DNA from: Candidatus Latescibacterota bacterium
GTDB lineage: Bacteria > Latescibacterota > UBA2968 > UBA8231
Length of the DNA: 64,000 nt
Assembly: GCA_965243025.1 (NCBI GenBank)
Contig: CBDETY010000003.1
Span: forward strand, 3,264,001 to 3,328,000
Direction: 5' to 3'
A program made the position numbers and the translations under genes. Below, piece after piece: positions 58,514 through 64,000 of the stretch (its first letter is position 1; every line of letters begins with the position of its first letter). The notes beneath the pieces are model-generated. The model did no database searches, was not told where the DNA came from, and worked only from the letters and a program-made list of their open reading frames with translations.

Positions 58514-59194
58514 CTACACCTCTACAGCAGAGGAGTGGTTCATGAAGGTGAGCCCGCGAATGCCTTCGATCTGTCCGAGGGCCTCGATCAGCCGGGTCGA
58601 GTCCCCTTCGTCGGCGAGCTTCACCTGGTAGGTGCAGTCGACCAGATCGCCCTGGGCGACGTCGCGCATGGTGACCAGGCCGAAGGTCCTGGGCACCTCC
58701 TGCAGGATCCGGGCAACCTGGGCGGCGAAGGCCGGCCCCGACGGTACCTGGAAGCGCACGAGTCCATCGTATTTCATGCGCGTGCCGAACAGGGAGGCGT
58801 GCATGACCACGGCGATGGTGCAGAACAGGGCGGTCGCGAAGGCGGCGGCGGTGTAGCTCTGCACGCCGCAGGCTACCCCGGCCCCGAGCGCGGCGAACAG
58901 GAACACCAGGTCGCGCGGATCGCGCAGGTTGGTGCGGAAGCGGATGATCGCCAGCGACCCGACGATGCCGATGCCCCTGGCGACGTTGTCGCCGATCGCG
59001 ATCATCAGCAGGCAGGTGATGATGCTGCCGAGCACCATGGTCTGCATCAGACCGCGCGACCAGGAAAGGCCCTGGAACGTCCACTCGTACACCAGTGCGA
59101 TAATGCTCGAAAGGCAGAAGGCGGATACGAGAGAGAGAAGGACCATGTTCCAGTGGAGCTTGATCGTCCCGAAATCGAGCAACAGGCTGTCCAT
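58514..59194 (-). CDS. DUF4956 family membrane protein
   Basis: Several TM helices, IGDNVARGIGIVGSLAIIRFRTNLRDPRD signature, C-terminal ferredoxin/ACT-like domain. Confidence 0.85.
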   Translation of the reverse strand: MDSLLLDFGTIKLHWNMVLLSLVSAFCLSSIIALVYEWTFQGLSWSRGLMQTMVLGSIITCLLMIAIGDNVARGIGIVGSLAIIRFRTNLRDPRDLVFLFAALGAGVACGVQSYTAAAFATALFCTIAVVMHASLFGTRMKYDGLVRFQVPSGPAFAAQVARILQEVPRTFGLVTMRDVAQGDLVDCTYQVKLADEGDSTRLIEALGQIEGIRGLTFMNHSSAVEV

Positions 59195-59437
59195 CAGACA
59201 CTGACTCCCGAAAGACCTTCAACAGGTGAGGTGGAGAGGAAGGGAAAAACGCGGCCGAAAGGGGCCATGAAATTCGTCCCCGGACTGTTCAGGCTCAAGG
59301 GTTTCGCCCGGTTCGGGAATGTCCCGGGCGGGGCTTCCGGCTTTGCCCCGGCCCGGCGTCGGGCGACAGACCGCCGGGAAGTGGACCCTTGACCGTTTCG
59401 CTGCCTCTGGAGCTTTTAAAGCGGTTCGGCCTTCAGG

Positions 59438-62400
59438 TCACCGTTTGCGCGCGACCTTCGACATTTTCCTGGTCACCGGGAACCCGTTGACCGTGATGCG
59501 GCACAGGTAGACGCCCGAGGCGACCTCGTGTCCGGCTGCGGAGCGGCCGTCCCAGACCAGCGAGTGCTCGGCCGCCTCCATGATCTCGTCCTCGGCAATC
59601 GTCGCCACGCGGGCTCCCAGCAGGTTGAACACTCGAACGGTCACGTTGGAAGTTCTCGACAGGCTCAGGAACACCGTGGCGCGGGTGGAAAAGGGATTCG
59701 GATAGCTGACGGCCCTCACCCCCGGGTTCGATGCGGAGCGGGTGCCCGGAGCATTCCACGCTCCCGGGGTCCCTCCGTCGGGTGAGGCGTACCAGTTTTC
59801 GTGGCGGGAGTTGTCGGCCGTGGGCTCGATCAGGGCCAGGGTGAAGCCGGTTCCGTTCGGCTCGGTCGGCCAGGGAGGGCGCTCGTCGTACACCACCGAA
59901 TCGACCACCCGCTCCGAGCCGGTCAGAAGAGTGACGCGCTCCCCGCGGCTGCTCAGGCCGAAGGGAAAGTCTCCGAGACAGCCATCGGTCTCCGGATAGA
60001 CACTTCTGAAATCGGTGCTGTCGCGGCACAGCACGGCGTAGCCGCCGGCTTCGAGAAGGAGACCGGGGGGCAGCACGAAGTCGGGCGAGTCCCCCGCATC
60101 GCGAAAACGCCAGCCTCCGATCCCGACGGGGGCGGGGCCGTGGTTGTGAAGCTCGACCCAGTCCCCTGAGTCGAAAGCCTCGCCCGAGTTGTAGTTGATC
60201 TCGTTGATCACGACCGGCGGCTGTTCGGGTGCAACCGGTTCCTGTCCGGACGATGCGAACCGGGCGGCGATCCGGTAGTTCCCCTCGATGGCAATCCTGG
60301 CGCGGGAGGTTTCCGAGACCGGATCCGACCAGGTGTCGAACTCGAACCCCGGTGCCGGCACCGCCGCCAGATCGACGGGCACCCCGTTGAAGTAGAGACC
60401 CGACGAGCGGGAATCCGTCACCGGTACGGTGTTTACATGGATCGCACCCGCTCCCTCGGGCTCGACCTCGAGCGCAAGCGTGGACCGGCCCCCGAGGGAA
60501 AATTTGGTCTGCAGGTGACCCCATACGTGACCAGCCCTCACCCGCGCGAAGGCCCGCATCACCTCGAGATTGGCATCCCACTCCTCTGTCGAAGCGAACG
60601 CATCGCCGTAGAAAGGGGAAGGGTAGGGGGCCCACCGTTCGGAATGGCGGGGTATTTCATCGGCTACGGCGTTCCTCATGCTGTCGATCACGGCCTCGAC
60701 CCGGGCCCTTTCGAAAGTGGTGTTCAGGTGGCTGGCGAACCGTTGAATGAAGTCGTGCCTGACCTCCTCGATCTCGAGCAGCGTTTGCATGAGAAGCGTC
60801 GCCCAGGGCGGATTCGGCCAGCCCCGGCCGGGAGTGGTCGCCAGCGCCACCATGTCGAGCTCGGGAGGGCTGGGGTTCAGGGCCAGGGGCAGGTTGAACC
60901 CGTAGTCCAGGTCGAAGAGAATCCAGCGCCAGCGGCCCCCGGGGCTGCGGGGACGCCAGAACTCCCAGTTGTTGCCGGGCCAGTCGGTATTCGCCACGTA
61001 CATTTCGGCAATCTGGTAGTTGAGGAATTCGTCGAGATCCATGCGGGCCCGTACCTCCTCGATGGCCCCGGCCTCCTCCAGATCCCTGCTCTCGAGGAAC
61101 CTCAGAAGAGACCGATAATGTTCGGCGTCTCCCGTCCTCGCCTCCGAATTGTTGACGAGGTAATCGATTTCGTCCGGTTCGAACCCGTGGTTGTCGGTTA
61201 CGTAGTCGACTGAAATGCGCTCCCGCATGTTGTGGATGCCCCAGTACCGGCCATTGAGAAAAAGAACGGCAGGCCTGTGGGCCTGGTAGTCGATGTCCAT
61301 GCGATCCTTGACCAGGGCCTGCATGATCGCGTCGCGGAGGAGCGTGTAGGTCCAGTCGTTTCCCGAGTTGCGCAGGATGAAACCCTTGTATCGACTCAAC
61401 GGCTTGTCGGGAAAGAGGGGGTAGTATATGGCCTCGTTGCCGTATCCCCGGCGGGCGCGTACGGCGATCGACTTCTGCGGCTGGTTGCGGGACCAGCCGC
61501 CGTGAATCTGCACGCCCACGTCCTGGGAGAATTCCAGACCGCCCCCGGAATCGAAAAACTCGATATGGGCGGGGCGTTCCCAGTCGCGGGTGAAGTTCCT
61601 GCGATCCCCCTCGACATAGATCCCCAGCCTGTCGCTCCAGAGATGTTCCGGGTCGACGGCCAGCGAAACGGCCGGCAGGCTGACCTCGTCGTCGACAAAG
61701 TAGGTGCGAGTCACCACGTCGCTGGGGAGAAGCCCTTTGGCGACCGCGACCGATCTCAAGACCGTCGTGGTTTCGACGCGGACCCCGATCCCGCCGTAAC
61801 GCCTCTTCCCCGTCGGGATGCTGCCCTCGGTAGAGAAGTAGATGCGGGTTTCGGGATCGGGGTGGCTCAAGGTAACGGTGAACGGATGGCCGTAGCGGCC
61901 GCTCTCGTGCGAGAAAGCTGGAGCCTGCGAATGGTCGCGCTTTCCCTGCGCAGCGTTCTTCCTCCCCGGGGAGGGCTCGTCCACGAGGGACCAGGCTTCT
62001 CCGTCCGGCACCCGAGCCCAGGAAACGTCGGGCCGCAGGGGGCCGAATGTCACCGAATCGACGAGCGTGGCGCCGTCGGAAGCGAACAACCCCAGCTGCT
62101 CCCCGTTCGAAGAGAGCCCGAAATTCAAATGGAACCCCGGCTGGTCGCGGTCTCCGTCCGCCCACAGCAGGAGGTATCCGCCGGCGGGGATCGTGGTGGC
62201 CCTGCGGTCATCGGTGGGAAACTGGAAGGCCCCCGGATCGGCGAGGTCGTCGGTGATGAACATGCCGCCGATGTTCACGGCGCGGCCCCCGGCATTGTGC
62301 AGCTCTATCCAGTCGTCGAACTGGCCGTACCGGTCCGGGCAGCAGGACTGGTTGTTCGACATCAGTTCGTTGATCAGCAGCCGCTCGGCAAAAAGCGAAC

Positions 62401-62476
62401 GGGGCAGACTGAAGCAGCCGGCCAGCAGGGCGAGCAGGGGGATGGCCTTTCGGAAGAAGGCCGGGGCCGGAAACAA
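59438..62476 (-). CDS. Secreted CotH kinase family protein with two lamin-tail domains, FN3-associated domain and C-terminal FlgD-Ig-like domain
   Basis: LLINELM...DWIELHN; PAFSHESG; LRNSGND, LNGRYWGIHNMRE, NTDWPGNN, WILFDLDYGF; VVINEINY..DWVELHN; YPNPFS...ASGVYL. Confidence 0.9.
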   Translation of the reverse strand: MFPAPAFFRKAIPLLALLAGCFSLPRSLFAERLLINELMSNNQSCCPDRYGQFDDWIELHNAGGRAVNIGGMFITDDLADPGAFQFPTDDRRATTIPAGGYLLLWADGDRDQPGFHLNFGLSSNGEQLGLFASDGATLVDSVTFGPLRPDVSWARVPDGEAWSLVDEPSPGRKNAAQGKRDHSQAPAFSHESGRYGHPFTVTLSHPDPETRIYFSTEGSIPTGKRRYGGIGVRVETTTVLRSVAVAKGLLPSDVVTRTYFVDDEVSLPAVSLAVDPEHLWSDRLGIYVEGDRRNFTRDWERPAHIEFFDSGGGLEFSQDVGVQIHGGWSRNQPQKSIAVRARRGYGNEAIYYPLFPDKPLSRYKGFILRNSGNDWTYTLLRDAIMQALVKDRMDIDYQAHRPAVLFLNGRYWGIHNMRERISVDYVTDNHGFEPDEIDYLVNNSEARTGDAEHYRSLLRFLESRDLEEAGAIEEVRARMDLDEFLNYQIAEMYVANTDWPGNNWEFWRPRSPGGRWRWILFDLDYGFNLPLALNPSPPELDMVALATTPGRGWPNPPWATLLMQTLLEIEEVRHDFIQRFASHLNTTFERARVEAVIDSMRNAVADEIPRHSERWAPYPSPFYGDAFASTEEWDANLEVMRAFARVRAGHVWGHLQTKFSLGGRSTLALEVEPEGAGAIHVNTVPVTDSRSSGLYFNGVPVDLAAVPAPGFEFDTWSDPVSETSRARIAIEGNYRIAARFASSGQEPVAPEQPPVVINEINYNSGEAFDSGDWVELHNHGPAPVGIGGWRFRDAGDSPDFVLPPGLLLEAGGYAVLCRDSTDFRSVYPETDGCLGDFPFGLSSRGERVTLLTGSERVVDSVVYDERPPWPTEPNGTGFTLALIEPTADNSRHENWYASPDGGTPGAWNAPGTRSASNPGVRAVSYPNPFSTRATVFLSLSRTSNVTVRVFNLLGARVATIAEDEIMEAAEHSLVWDGRSAAGHEVASGVYLCRITVNGFPVTRKMSKVARKR

Positions 62477-62492
62477 GGACCGCCCGAAGCCC

Positions 62493-63857
62493 CTACTTCT
62501 CCCGGTCCGCCACGGCGTCGCGGATCTCGCCGATGCTGTCTTCGAGCCGGTCGAGGCGCTCGTTGGTTTCCTCCACGTCCTTCTGGATCTTCGTCACCAC
62601 CGCGGCCTGCTCCTCCAGCTCCTCGACCTTCACCGAGTCCTCGTCCTTGACCAGCACGCTGGTCAGGGTGGCGGTGAAGACACCCACCAGGACCATCCCC
62701 GTAATCACCAGGAAGACCGTGAGGATTTTCCCGGAAGCGGTCTCGGGATTGTGGATGTCGGCGTAGCCGCCGGTGACCAGGGTGGTGAAGCTCCACCAGA
62801 GGCTCGGCCCGAAGCCCGAGCCGGACTCGAGGCGCTCCAGGCCCATGAAAATGAAGGCGCCGAACACGAGGGACAGCATCCCGTAGAGAAGGGACCGCTT
62901 GAGGAGCCGCACGTCGAGGGTGGAGCTCAGGTGGTCCATGCCGCGCCAGAAGAACAGCCCGACGCGCAACAGCCTCAGCGCCCTCAGGATGCGAACCGCC
63001 CGGAGCAGGCGCCCCAGGCGGACGACTCCCAGGTCGCCGGAGGCGGCGATGACCTGCACCGGGGGCAGCGGTATCGAGGTGATGAAGTCGATCCAGTTGT
63101 TCTTCCAGTACCACTTCTTGGAATCGGCGAGCCTGTACTCGAAGTAGAAGTTGGCCATGAAGAGGCCGCAGCATACCACGTCGATGATCCAGAATATCCA
63201 CAGGGTGCTCACCGGGAAGTGGGGCAGCACCTCGACGACCGGGTCGGCATAGTTTTCCCCGCTGTCGATGATCTTGACCTGCGCCAGCTTTCCCCCGACC
63301 ACCTGCCCGGAAGCAAGGGCGTGCGAACCTTCCTCATCGGAAATTTGGACGTTCACCCGCTCGTACCCTTCTCCCCCGTTCAGAATGAGGATCCGGCTTA
63401 TCTTCCCTTCCTCCACCTCCGCCCTGGCAACGGCGCCGCCGCCGGTGGCCCCGATGCCGAGCAGGTCGACGACGAGGATGGTGATGAGGAACAGAATGAG
63501 GAAGAAAATCAGCAGATCCTTGAGTTTCACCCTGCCGGAACTGCCCAGCACCCTGGCCTGCTCGGCCATCAGGTGTTTCTTCTGGCGCGCCTGCTCGATG
63601 ATCCGGGCCTTGTCCACCAGTTTCTCTTTTTCGGCGTTGAGCCTCGATAGCTGCGCCTCGGCCTTGTCGAGGTTCAGCTCGTACTGCCCGTGCCTTTTGA
63701 TCAGGCTGACCGTCTCCACTCTTTCCGCCATGGCGTCGATCTCTTTCTCTTCGGCGGCCAGCTGGCGGTCCATGCGGTCGATCTCCTGCACCAACACGTC
63801 CTTCATGCGGGTAATGCGTTCGAGGGAGCAGGATTCCAGTCGCTTCGAAAATGACAT
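62493..63857 (-). CDS. 6-TM voltage-gated-type ion (K+) channel with N- and C-terminal coiled coils
   Basis: NWIDFITSIP (S3), RLGRLLRAVRILRALRLLR (S4), SLWWSFTTLVTGGYADI pore region. Confidence 0.85.
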   Translation of the reverse strand: MSFSKRLESCSLERITRMKDVLVQEIDRMDRQLAAEEKEIDAMAERVETVSLIKRHGQYELNLDKAEAQLSRLNAEKEKLVDKARIIEQARQKKHLMAEQARVLGSSGRVKLKDLLIFFLILFLITILVVDLLGIGATGGGAVARAEVEEGKISRILILNGGEGYERVNVQISDEEGSHALASGQVVGGKLAQVKIIDSGENYADPVVEVLPHFPVSTLWIFWIIDVVCCGLFMANFYFEYRLADSKKWYWKNNWIDFITSIPLPPVQVIAASGDLGVVRLGRLLRAVRILRALRLLRVGLFFWRGMDHLSSTLDVRLLKRSLLYGMLSLVFGAFIFMGLERLESGSGFGPSLWWSFTTLVTGGYADIHNPETASGKILTVFLVITGMVLVGVFTATLTSVLVKDEDSVKVEELEEQAAVVTKIQKDVEETNERLDRLEDSIGEIRDAVADREK

Positions 63858-64000
63858 CTCGTTCCGTCTGTGCTCCGGGTTCAGGCCGGTTCGGGGGGTT
63901 GGTGTGCTGCGAACATGTGCCTTGAAAAATAAGGCCGCGTCCGGGATTCAACTTTCAAGGCATGAACCGGGGCGCCGGCAGGCAAGCCCGCTGAACGGCG

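Noticed and set aside
63900-63925. Sigma-54-like motif upstream of the channel gene (minus strand GGCAC...GC)
   Set aside because: GG-to-GC spacing is 9 nt rather than the required 10.

Overview
GC-rich bacterial window with no rRNA, tRNA or CRISPR array that I can see. The gene content suggests a diderm, probably host-associated marine bacterium of the Latescibacterota/Gemmatimonadota/Poribacteria sponge-symbiont type (inference only). It includes three PhyH-type dioxygenases, sulfatases, ankyrin/WD40/LRR/YWTD repeat proteins, FlgD-Ig 'PNPFN' domains, a TonB-dependent receptor and TolC. Highlights: (1) a co-oriented, mostly tightly coupled minus-strand cluster at 55.3-63.9 kb (voltage-gated-type channel, CotH kinase, DUF4956, HlyD, TolC, VTC polyphosphate polymerase) with no ABC/RND pump, which could be a polyphosphate synthesis/export and surface phosphorylation system; (2) an ArsC-like selenoprotein only partly caught by the ORF track (in-frame UGA in a UxxC motif plus a SECIS-like hairpin, 2238-2588); (3) a sigma-54 two-component operon next to a duplicated family of Gly/Glu/His-rich lipoproteins, whose two intact genes each have a consensus -24/-12 promoter and palindromic enhancer-like sites; (4) a recurrent C-terminal 'T-x-V/I-x-x-x-S/G-W-G-x-x-K' tail on unrelated secreted proteins; (5) many eroded gene remnants, an IS1595 fragment and a small tandem palindrome array. 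All family calls come from recognising motifs by eye; no database searches were run.
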